Assembly: GCF_037042905.1 (NCBI RefSeq)
Contig: NC_087250.1
Location: 20,524,001 to 20,588,000 of the forward strand
Source: Lytechinus pictus
Lineage: Eukaryota
Reading direction: 5' to 3'
DNA length: 64,000 nucleotides
The translations under genes and the position numbers were made by a program. The notes under the pieces were generated by a model, which worked only from the letters and a program-made list of their open reading frames with translations, had not been told where the DNA came from and made no database searches. Positions 11,782 to 23,645 of this stretch are shown here, piece by piece (position 1 is the stretch's first letter; each line of letters begins with the position of its first letter).

Positions 11782-14231
11782 GGATACCATACAATGTACT
11801 TTTTATCATCATGTGATATATCTCTCATGTACTATCGGACTGTTTAAAGATACCATTCATTCTTGTGAGGAGACTGTTAAGTTGACGTCGTCAGGGACAG
11901 TGATTTTCTGTTTCTATAATGGTCTTTTCCATCTCTGAAAACCTGTAATTCATGTCAAACTTGATCTAAAATGAAAATCCTGTTTTGTCATAATGTACAC
12001 AGCAGAAACAAAAATTCAGTTAAGAAAAATTGAGAACCAAATGTCTGTTTGAATGGAAAGTCATTGTCCCTTCATGTACAATGTTGATCATTTTATATTC
12101 CCTTTGCACTGGAAACCTGCACTTTAGAAGTCATGTCTTGGGGGACACCATAATTCCTATTTTCTCATTTCATTGATACAATGTTTAAAAATATTATACT
12201 TAGGTTGCAATAATTCAGCAATGTTTTTGCATACATCCATTTGAAGACATTTTGAGGATACTGTACTATGTACTTTTCAGCAAATTGGATAAAGAGACCG
12301 AGTTAAGACACCTTGGCACAGTTTCTTTTTATAAAGCTGCTTCCAAGGTACAAATGTTCTAATTGCCATCTCGTCCACTCACCATTTTGTCTAATAAGTA
12401 ATTGGTCCAACAGCTGTTTAGTCCATACGCCATTTGGTCTTATTGGACTAAGTGTTACTTGGGCGAAGTCAATGTAAATAAAATGGATATTAGACCAACT
12501 AGTTATGAGAGGAAACAGTCATAGACGAAGTGAAGTGATGATTGGACCAAATGGTTGTTAGACAAAATATTGATGGACAGAATGGCATTAGACTAAATGA
12601 AGGTAGACCATGTGATGCATGGATGAGTTGGCAAGAGACGAATTGGCAATTTACCCTTTAGAACATGTCCTAGTTGTGTGTAAAGCTGTGCATAGCTCAG
12701 GGGGGGTACTACAAGGGGCCGAAAGCTCATGAGCCCAAGAAACTCAAAAAGAAGCCCTCGAAAATCCCCATTCATTCGGCATGTTTCTACCGAGAATCAT
12801 TAAAATGGCATTTTCCGCACAAGTATCCAGGATTCCGGAAAACATCCCTTTAGAAACAGACGCGATGCGGTTTATTGATAAACATCATCGCGCAAAATAC
12901 GATTTCTCTGGAAGTTGGTTATTGCCGTGTTTATCCGTTTGGAATGTGAGTCAATTGGATTATTCGCTTTGTAGGAACAGGTTAAGGGCAATACAGTTTT
13001 GGATTCCCGAAATATAGATTCTCTGTAGAAACACACCGATTGCAGGGTTAAAGCTTATACATTGTTTCAGATATATGCAGCAAGTTGTGAAAAGTAGCCC
13101 TGGAAAAATGAGCATTTATTCCAGCCATCCGTTGTGCATAACTCCATGAGTAGGAGGGAATTATCTTCCTGGTATCGCATCGCAATTTGCTCCACATTTT
13201 TTAATGACTGCTATATAAACAATCTTTTGTGTTGCAGATATTTTACACAGGATTGTGGAACGTAATTGAGATTATCTCTCTAATGACCAAAATTGCGAAT
13301 GAAAATTATTCCCTGGAGCAGGTTTAAATTAAACACCCACATATGGCCCCTATAGTAATCTCAGATGATGTGGGCAAATAAGCTTAATGCTGTTTGCATT
13401 ACCTTGCATTGTTTAGCCTGGGATTTAAGTCTGAGGAGGGTTGTATGGTAACAGTTATTGTTTTGGAAGTTTTAATGTGGATATTTCCACTGGCATGATG
13501 TAGTCTTCTTTTAACCTTGAAGTCTTGGGCCTGGGTGGTGTTTTCATAAAGCCATTTGTAAAAATATGCACGACTGGAACCTCTTGGGCACTAAATCAGT
13601 TACATAGGGATATTACATAGCACAAGAAATGGTCACCAGTCGAGCGTAAAGTCATTCGTAACTCACGAACAGCTTTATGAAACGGGCCCCTGCACTCTAG
13701 TCCAGTTTAACTTAGGCCATGGTCTAACTCTGCCAAAGGTATGGAAAGCCAAATGTGTCAAAAATAATATTAACATTGAATGTCTTACATTCATTGTGCT
13801 CTTCCATTATGTTACTGTGTTGAAGAAACTAATTCAGTCATTATTCTCCGACAGTTATGAAAGATAGGAGTAACATATGAGCCAAGTATTCGAATTTGTG
13901 CTGTTAGAGATTTGTGTCACAACTGGCTTTCCATATTTAAACCACAAGCTTAGACTAAGTTATTTTCCTGGGAAACCTTTGTATATTACAACTTTTGCTT
14001 TCGTTGTATAAAGAAGAAATTTATCTTTTAAATCCACTGATCAATAGGACAACCTCTAAAAAACTCCTCAAAGTGTAACTGATCTTTTTTTTTCAGAAGT
14101 CCAAATAGTTTCAGCTAATTGAAGGTTGATGTAATTTCGAACATTTTACTGAAAATCTTATTCGTTGAGTGTATGTTGCTATGTACATTCTAGCTATGTA
14201 AATGTGTATCTTGTTTTTGAATCGTGTATAA

Positions 14232-14259
14232 AATAAATGCCTTCTTTCTCATGAATAAA
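14232..14259 (+). terminator. Candidate SF3A1 polyadenylation signals
   Basis: AATAAA at 14232 and 14254 followed by T/GT-rich sequence. Confidence 0.35.
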
Positions 14260-14465
14260 ATCTGGTATTTTCTGGAAATTTCTTCTGTAATTCATCCTCT
14301 GTTCATCCTGTCTGCTGCATATTTTGTTTCATTTTCCAATTTCATTTTGCGGTGAAAACATTTAGTTATCATTTCGCCAAGATCACAAAACTTAACTCAA
14401 CTTTCGTTTCTTACCACAGTATAGAAATACAATGAACCACTTCTTTATCAATTCAAATATATCTA

Positions 14466-14484
14466 TTTATTTACAAATTTTATT
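14466..14484 (-). terminator. Candidate ISOC2 polyadenylation signals
   Basis: TTTATT at 14466 and 14479 (AATAAA on the minus strand). Confidence 0.3.
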
Positions 14485-16152
14485 TTAATTTAAATAATCA
14501 ACAGAGGTATGAAATAAACACAATGGCCATGAAGTTAGGCAATAAATTAAATAATTTTCTCTGCATGCATAACACACAGCATATCTTATATTCTGGACAA
14601 TATTTATGGTATAATCTAATAAAAAAATTGAAAATCCAGAGTCCTTATAAATCAATCTGATATAATGTATAAAATAAAAGCAATTTTAAGTACAGTCTAG
14701 CTTCATGTCCAATTCATTTTGGTAAGATTGCCACGCATGACAGATCATACAGTAGTGGATATATTTATGATTTATCAGCTATAAGCCTGTTCACAATTCG
14801 AAACTGTGCATGGGCAGTAACCTGTCATCGAGATAAACCATTAAAGGTGGTTTTCAAATTCACTAACATAAGCATAATTTTGTATCTTACGATAATTCAT
14901 GTATTCATTTCAAAATCTTCTTTTCATTGCATCTAAGCTGAAGAGGAACAAAGTGTCCATAATCATTGGTATTTGAGTTTGACAGTAGCCCACACAATAT
15001 TCAATGTGCCAAAGATGGACAATACAACAAAATTCCAAACTTGATCAATGACATACTATTCTAGTCACCTGGGAGGTGTTTCACAAAGAGTATGACTTGA
15101 AGTCATGCCTAAATGGCAATGCAAGCACAGTTTGTAACGTGCAATCTTATTGATTAATACACAGTGGCACGAGTCATCTTCCCATGATTTGACCAACGAG
15201 GTGATGCCGTTTATACTGCACGCAACTCTGAATTTTAGTGTGATCGACATTCAGTCACACTTTAGTAAAATCTTAGTGAAATACCCCCGGCCCTTTTCTA
15301 TGCATTTCTGTCTTATAATTTGAATGGTTTGCCGGGAAAGCTTACATATATCTTCATATGAAACTAAAAAATCAAACATAATTTTGCTCTCCAGAAGTGA
15401 TGATTGCCAATTCTGATTCCTTGAAAGTACCGACTTCAAATTTAGCTTCCTCTAGCCTATAATAATCTAGGTAAAGTCTGCAGCTACACAGTCATATGTC
15501 CACATTTGCGCCTATATGGCCGCTCAGCTACAGCCGGGGTAATAGTAATATCCCAAGTATATTTCAGCGCCTTGAGCACATAATCAATGTGGATTTGGCG
15601 CTTTAGAAATACTCTATATTATTATTATTATTTGCAATATAAAGCCACGTCAAAATATAAGAAAAATAAGGAGAGAATACACAGAGTCTCAGAGCTCTGT
15701 CTAACTTTGAACAAACCAACAATAGGCTAACAACTTTGCTCTTACATTAAAATGTAAACAAAATTTCTCATGCAAGACTATGAAACAATGGAGCCTGCGA
15801 AGTGCAGTCACTTTTCATAGTCTTCTGCATCAGACGTATTGCTCACTTTTTGCGTAACATCATCAGACTTGTGAAATTAGAGACAATAGCTGCAGACTCT
15901 AAGATTATATGCTAATCAGGTTAATCCGTTCACTTTAGAAGGCCCAAATCTGCAGCTATATCTTTGCTCTTACATTCATTCAACTCAATAATATGTCTGA
16001 TGCGGAAGACTACGAAAAATGGCTGCAAGGGGGAAGCTTCGCAGTCACTTTTTTAAGTCTCCTGCATAAGATTTATCATCGGCTGTAAAATCAGAGACAA
16101 TCACAGCTGCAGCTTCCGCCAAGATTATACTTGGCTACTCAGTTTGACTCAT

Positions 16153-19100
16153 TCAGCTCAGGAGGCCCGAATCTGGAGCGGATGTGGCGATGAGCTTCTG
16201 GATCTCTTTGAAGTTTGGATGAGCAGCGTCCTTGACCATTTCAAGGATGATGGATTCGCTGGTTGTGATGAAAGCTCCACAGTTCCGCAGCCTTTCAATG
16301 GCATACATCCTAAGGACAAGAATGAATAATAAAATAGGTATTAACTGAATTTCCACAGCCTAACAATGTCATACTGTTACATCTTGACAATAGTGAGTGG
16401 ATGACATCACTGTTCCCCTCATCTGCATACCTACCAGACAGAATGTGCATATTTATAAATAAACCGGGGGTGTTTCACAAAGATTTAAGTATGGCTCAAG
16501 TCGCACTTAAATGCTGACACGTACGTGATATGCAACGTGCGATCTTATTGATTAGCAGTAGTGCCCGTCCTCATGACATGATCTGACCAATGCGTTCAAG
16601 CCTTTTATACCGTACATAACTCGGTATTTAAGTGTGACTCTAAGTCATACTTAAATCTTTGTGGAACACCCTCCTGTTTTGTGAAATTAAGCAAAGCTTG
16701 CTAAACCTCATTCATACCAATAGTATCAGATTTTAATGAAATTTTCAGTGTTAAACTAGTTTTCTTTTCCGTATCCATTAAAATCAACATTCTACTAGGG
16801 TGAACTTGCCCTTCAGGAACGATTGATTGATACTTACAGACAGACATTTTTCCTCATTTCTAACGTGTCTTTTCTTGTACTTCTCTTTACTTTTTTGTTT
16901 TTGCTCTTTTCTAAGCACCTTGAGCATTCAATCCAAATGGAAAAGATGCTATATAAATCCAATGTATTATTATCATTACTTACCTATCCACCAGAGACCT
17001 TGAAGAGCAAGCATCGGCAATGACATGAACTTCATAACCTTTGGCTAAAAGGTCAAGGGTCGTTTGCTGGACACAGACCTGTGTCTCGATTCCACAGAGA
17101 ACTACAGACTTGGTTTCATTTTTCTGTCAGAATAAAATAATAGATACAATTAAAAAATATATATATAAAACCAGGGGGGTGTTTCAAAAAGATTTAAGTA
17201 TGACTTAGATTCGCACTTAAATGTCTTGTTACGCGCGGTATAAAAGGCATGTCCACATTGGTCAGATTACGCCAAGAGGACGCACACTACTGCGTATTGA
17301 TCAATAAGATTGCATGTTGCATATCATGTACGCGTTGGCATTTAAGTGCAACTTAAGTCATACTTTAATCTTTGTGAAACACCCCCTGGATCAGTTTGGC
17401 TAATGTTGACCAATTTGACTATTCCCAGAGGCATTAAGAGAGGAGGAACATTTGACATGTACACCTTGTACAATCTCAGTGAAACTTCCAAGCTGTCCTG
17501 ATAAAAAAATGGTGACGTGTCCAAGAAAATCTTGGAGAATCATCTTTTATTTAACTTTACTTACAACCCACAATATGAATGCACATGTATGAAGAAGACA
17601 ATAACTCTCTCTGATGAGCTTATTTCTATTTAATTTTACATTTTGAAGACCATATTAATGTATCTATTTACAGCTAGAGAAACTGTCCTGGGCACCATTT
17701 CATAAATGTTGCTATGATAGCAAGTCTTGCTGGAATGTCAACTACCATGACAGCAGTGAAAATTCTGCTTTTTGATTGGGTCTTACAATAAAAGTTGATA
17801 TTCCAGCAAGAGTTGCTCTCATAAGGTGGTTTCAAACCGCCTCGATCACAAGAATCCCCGTTAAATTACGAGAACTTTTTTAGGCTGAAAAATACCCATT
17901 AATTATTCCTGCATTCACACCGCCCTGAAACATACCCTTCGGGATAAGTTCCTGAAGTTACAAGCATGCGCAGTATGGTCTGATAAGCAGCAAGGCGCGA
18001 AATTCAAAATCACTAGCCCAGCAGCAACCCATGCACGGCGCCGCACCCAACGACACGCTGGGCTAAAAGTTCCCGTAATTTGCTTTCAGACCGCCAAAAT
18101 ACCCACGACCTTGAAGTTGGAAAAATCCCCGCGAAAGTTCTCGTAATTTCGCCAAGTACCTACTATTTATCGGGTATTTTCTTTCGGAGATATTACGCGT
18201 AGTTTGCTTTCACACCGCCAAAATACCTGGTATTTTCTGATCGGGGTAAATTTCCCGATCAGAGAATACCTGGAACTGGCGAACTTCGAGGCGGTCTGAA
18301 ACCACCTATAGCAACTTTTTATGACATGGGGCCCTGGTGAACAAATGTTGGTTTTGGGTGGCTGGTCACAAATTAATAATAGCTGAATATAAATATAAAT
18401 AAAGTCCCCTTTATCCTTTTTTTTATTGCACATCCATAATGTAATTCTCATTTATTCTATATACTTTTTTATATTTATTGTGAATCTGAATGATTTGTAA
18501 TTCTTCTTATATTAAGTTCTATTATATTTCACTGGCATTGCGTAAACATGAATATTTCAGTCTGTGACTGCCAATCATGTTTTTCTTGCCATAAACTTGA
18601 ATTGAATTGAAATAAAATTGATCCCTTGGTCCTAGGCTCACATAGTAAAAGCTATAGCCCCATATTCAATAATATAAAAATCTTATTATCAAATATTACC
18701 TTGAGTTTTTCTTCTACTTCAGGTAGAACCATAGTGAAGCGTGTCTTGGGATAAATATCTACCTCATCACGGTTGATGCCAAGCTCCTTAACGGTCGGTC
18801 CAAGACCTACAGGAAAAAATAAACAAATTTTTAGTAGTTGCTCATTTCGGAGGGGGGGGGGGGAGCAGAAAAGCCCTTCTGTGTAATCATGGGAAACAGA
18901 TCCTGATCCTTGTCTAGTCTGCTGTGCAAACCCTTCACTCGAGTTATTAAAGGGTCTGCATGTGCAGCCTATATTCATGACATGCTTACCAAAGGCCCTC
19001 CTGAATTGAAACAGCAAGGTTTGTGTTTGCTAGTCTGCCTGGACGTAAGTCCCACTTGTTAATCAAAGTTTCAATCAGGGTCTGTGCCTGTAGACTAATC

Positions 19101-22100
19101 CTTGTCTTTGTGTGTTGATATTGAATATCAACACACAAATTAACTGTAGTCTGTTAACTTAAGCTTTTAAAGGATGCTCCAGTTCCACAGTTAAAATGAA
19201 ATCCGTGTCATTTTCACAAAATTACACTTGTTTTCAAACAGAAGTCAATTATCAATTTTGTTGGAGCAAATGTGCTATTAAAAACACACAAAACAAGCAA
19301 AGTTTATGACTCTACATGTATGCAAGGAAAATTCTTAACATCTACCTTATTTAAACTCGAGATCATATGGTAAATTGCCAATTCGTCCACTGCCAACTTG
19401 CCCACTCACCACATGGTCTAACTTCATTTAGTCTAAAGCCATTACATGTACGTCCATCAACATTACGTCTAACAACCATTTGGTCCAATAACCATTTGGT
19501 CTAATCATCACTTCGTCTGATCACCATTTCGTCTAATAGCCAGTTGGTCTAATACCCATTTTCTTCTCATTCATTTTGCAAAATTAACACTTTAGTTTAA
19601 TTAGACCAAATGGTATATGGACAAAATGGCTATTGAACCAATTGGTTATTAGACAGAATGGCATTAGACTAAATGAAAGTAGACCATGTGGTGAGTAGAC
19701 GAACTGATGATAGACCAAATGGTAGTTGACGAGTTGGCAATTGGACGAATTGGCATTAGACGAATCGGAAATAAACCGGTCATATTCACCGTACTTCGTA
19801 ACACTGCAAGTCTGAAGATGTGGCTCTGGGCACTTAAAAATTGGGTCCATGGATTATTTTCAGCTATTACGCTTCACAAAATAAACAAAAATTAATAAGT
19901 GTCCCGTAAAAGAAGGTTTTTTGATAAATTGTTGGATTTGAAAATTGAAAGAACCATTCTGATTGGTTCCTGGTCAGTCTAATGAGCAAAATATGCATGC
20001 AACAATGATCCTGATAGGCCATTTCATTTAACAATTAATCGCTAACCTTTGTGCAATGGGGCCCAGATCTGCAGTTATAGTGCAGACCCCAGGGGGAAAA
20101 AAAATCAGCTGATGCGTATACTATAGTTGATTTCCTGACTAATTATATGTTTGTTCATTATGATGTCCATGTGCAAACTACATTACATGGCGTAAAATGT
20201 GCACATCATATACACTGTGATCTGTGTATGGAATGTCCTTAAAGTAGATCTTGATCTTTGACCTTTATGGGTAGGCCCTAATGGATTATGGGTATAAAAA
20301 ATTTATACCAAAATGCTAGATCAGCACAGGCCGCACAAAACTATTGTTAGCCTATTAAACAGAGCGCTAACAGTAAGCCCAGTCACATATTTCAAATTGT
20401 GAAGTCAAAACAGTTATTTCAATGCGTAACAAATGCATAATTGGTGTAACATTGGGCATCGCTGCTATATTACCTGTTATAACAGGGCCTCTGTTACTTA
20501 GCGCATTGTTACATGTAGCGCTAACAACGATTCTGAGCAGTCAGAATTGGCCTATATACTAGACCAAAAGCTTCAGTCTCTGTACATTGGCTGTTCCGCT
20601 TAACTTGGGTACACTCAACAAACGTCTCTGGGGATGATAGTATAATGGTGGGCACAAGTCTGTGCATCTAACAATTTGAGTTAAGATTTAACATGAAATT
20701 CTTCTTATTTCACAAAATCTTTCAGTTAATAATGTTCCTTATATTATTATGAGTAAGTGTACCAAATTTTTCATTGAAAAATGAAAGAAAATATAGGATT
20801 TTCTTGAAAAAACCTCGAGCAGTAATTTTCAGATTGAAAAAAAAAATGGTACCCCATGTCTGCGCACACGATTCAGGGATTTTGATGAGAAAGGCTGCAT
20901 TTCGATGCCGTCACATGAAATGCCCTAAATTCATTATTTTTCCACTAGTTTGAGTCAAAATTTTTTATGAATACCTGTCTATGTATTGCATGTGTAAAGT
21001 CTGTGTTCGTTACGTACATGTACATGTATCTTGTTTTAATAGAATCACGCAGATACACGAGTGCGCAGACAAGGGGGACTGTGCAGACTCTCAGGGGAAA
21101 ATTGCCAAAAGTAAAATGCCTGAAATTGCTAATAATAAATCCCCAGAGAAGACTTATTCCTGTCTACCAAAATACCAGCTCACATTTCAACCAAACCCAG
21201 TGAAATCCATATTAAATCTAATTAATTTCATAAGACCTTGAGGAATGCAGGCAGAAAAGAATTGTACTGGTATTTCCTTTCTATGGGAAACCACATCAAT
21301 TAAAGTGAGCTCCATTCTGAATCTGTCACTAGAATATTTGATCATGTGATGATTTGATCAAGGCCTGTAAAGTTAGAAATGATGGTGGCAGGTCTGGGTC
21401 CTGTCTTACAAAGAGTTACGAATGATCCAATCAATCGTAACTCTATGGAAATCCATTTGTAAACAAAGGAGAACACACCAAATTGTCAAGAAATCAATGA
21501 ATTTATGGACATACATTCATATCTCGACATTTTATTGAACAAACATGCATTTTATATGTTGACTTTGCTGCCTTTCCATAGTTGCGATTGATTGGATCAA
21601 TCGCAACTCTTTGTAAGATGGGGCCCTGGGCACCTAAAATTTTAATCTAATATTGAACATTAATTTCTCTTTTATACAGAGATCTGTCCTCCGGGGGGGG
21701 GGGGGGGCACTTCCATTGACAAGTAGATACCATGCGCGACCATGGGGTCTCGAAAAGCACCCTAAACACGTATTTTCCATATTCTGAAAATGCACCCCTT
21801 AACAAGTACCGGTATTGGCGTGTGAAACCCTACCCTTATCAAGTATTGGAAACAAACCGATACCCTTGGTATTAAAGTGTTCCCTAAATTGAACCCCTAA
21901 ACAAGTACAGCGATATATTCTTATGTCACGGACTCGGACGTTGGTTTTACCTTTACCTACATCATTGGTCTTTCATAGTACGGCCCCATCTCCCACCCCT
22001 CATGCAAATCGGGACTCTAAAGTCTAAACACGTAGTGTTGGACTAGTGTTGGGGCAAAAAGTACATATTTTTATATTTTAGTCTTTACCTCGCAGATATT

Positions 22101-23150
22101 TCCCTAAACACGTAGCTTTCCTAGCGAAATAGATACCCCTTTTTTCATTATTTTAGTATTTTTGACACCCTTATTACGTTACGTACGTAACGTGCCCTAT
22201 CTTGAAAAAGACATCCTTTTTACGTGTTTTTTGGTCGCGCATGGTATCCACTCGTCAGTGTAACTGTAAGTGGCCCCCCCGGGTCTGTCCCTACAAAATA
22301 TTCAGTTGAAACTGTTCCTCATATTCCTAACATAAGCTTGTCAAAAACCTCAGAAAAAATTGATAGAAATACATGCTTTTCTTGGGAAAAACCCAGGTCA
22401 TATATTCAGATTGAACAAAATAAAATCATAAAATGGTGTCTTGTTTGTGCACACATCAGCCCATTCACTCACTTTTCACAAGATTCAGGGATTTTAATTA
22501 GAAATAAAAGACTGCATTTTTATGCTATCAAAGACAAAGGAAAAGCCTAAATTGGTGAAATTCAATTTTTTTTCTCACATTAAACAAATTAAGTAATATC
22601 TTCTGAATAACTTGACAGGCCAAGGCCAAGCAAGGGCAATGCAATATGCTGATGCCAAGAGCCACGCCCCTCCTCCACTTTTTCAACTCAGTCGACGATT
22701 TAATTGTTTGTGACTAGATATGACTAGATATGACTAGTTTTAGTTACTAAATAATTAATTGGACTAAGTCTAAATCATCATATGATTCATAATATCTGTA
22801 TCAATAATCTACTATCAAAACTCGGTCCATATTCTTCCTTCCTTTTCTGAAATATCAAATGCAAAATGAATGTTTTAAGAATCAAAACGTATCATCGACA
22901 TCTAAATTTAAAATGATTAAAGCCTAATTTGTTATTTCCGACTCCGAGAGATGAAAATGTACTTACCTTTCGGATATTGTTCTGTCACAATTACGGGAAT
23001 ATCAAGTATTCTAGCCGCTCGAAACAGTCTTGATGAGACCTCCACAATCTCTGGAAAATATTTAATCGTGGGTCGAAATTTTTCCTGCATGTCACACAGG
23101 AAAAGCGACGAATTTCGTAGGACAAGTTTGCCAAGATTTCTGCCCGCCAT
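16153..23150 (-). CDS. ISOC2: Isochorismatase domain-containing protein 2, 4 exons, 195 aa
   Basis: Exons (minus) 23150-22967, 18806-18700, 17123-16984, 16309-16153; total 588 nt. Motifs [55 protein letters not shown] and [21 protein letters not shown]. The short N-terminus fits ISOC2 rather than ISOC1. Confidence 0.9.
16466..16673. mobile_element. Harbinger-like MITE, family B
   Basis: GGGGTGTTTCACAAAGATTTAAGTATG TIR; inverted-orientation copy at 17175-17385; degenerate copies at about 15070-15285 and 53435-53600. Confidence 0.75.
17175..17385. mobile_element. Harbinger-like MITE, family B
   Basis: GGGGGTGTTTCAAAAAGATTTAAG ... TTAATCTTTGTGAAACACCCC; CAG/CTG flanks. Confidence 0.75.
17824..18307. 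mobile_element. MITE with 3-bp TSD ATA nested in the TIR of a CWG MITE
   Basis: TIR AGGTGGTTTCA(A/G)ACCGCCTCGA at both ends; ATA at 17821-17823 and 18308-18310. Confidence 0.85.
19369..19777. mobile_element. TIR element built of short (about 15-20 nt) subterminal repeats (GGTAAATTGCCAATT ends)
   Basis: Left half CCATTTGGTCTAA-type repeats, right half their reverse complement; copies at about 12360-12655 and 43322-43698. Confidence 0.75.
21397..21625. mobile_element. MITE family A, CTG TSD
   Basis: CTG|GGTCCTGTCTTACAAAGAGTTACG ... CGCAACTCTTTGTAAGATGGGGCC|CTG. Confidence 0.8.
21690..22283. mobile_element. CCCGGG/poly-G-ended TIR element in ISOC2 intron 1
   Basis: TIR CCGG(G)nCAC...GATACCATGCGCGACCA; inverted homolog at about 24092-24659. 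Confidence 0.8.
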
Positions 23151-23582
23151 GATCACAAGCTCAAAGTATGCGACTGTTACTAGCTGTACTGTACGATCGA
23201 ATAGAATGTGTGAACCTACCCCAGACTTTCGGGGGGAATGCTCCTGAGTTTACGCTTGCCTTGCTTGCCCGGCAATCAATGATGGATTCCTCAAGGGATC
23301 CTGGATGATTTCATTCTAGATGGAGGGGTGCGTTGCAAAATAATGTATGAATATTACATTATATTTAGAAATAAAATCCCCTATTAACCAAAAATATATT
23401 TTAATCAAACTTTTAAATGTCTAAAAATAAGAAAGATACCTAATTTTGCCTAATTTATAATTATTAGTATTTTCTTCGAAATCAAAACACCCTATTATGT
23501 AATTGAACTGGTCGAAGATGAAGATTGCGTAACAGCAAACTCTTGACTTGTCGACATGTGTGTTTAGTTGATTGGGACAGCA
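23151..23582. promoter_or_regulatory. Putative bidirectional promoter between ISOC2 and H6PD
   Basis: Divergent start codons only about 430-500 nt apart; no repeats recognised in the interval. Confidence 0.6.
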
Positions 23583-23645
23583 ATGTTTTGTCAATCTCAA
23601 AATCTATTTGCTGTTTTGATTTGTTCATCTTCAGCCAGAAACAGA

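Noticed and set aside
16135..16155. Stop-codon readthrough or selenocysteine at the ISOC2 TGA, given downstream hairpins
   Set aside because: Next in-frame stop is about 5 codons later, and I could not identify a SECIS core.
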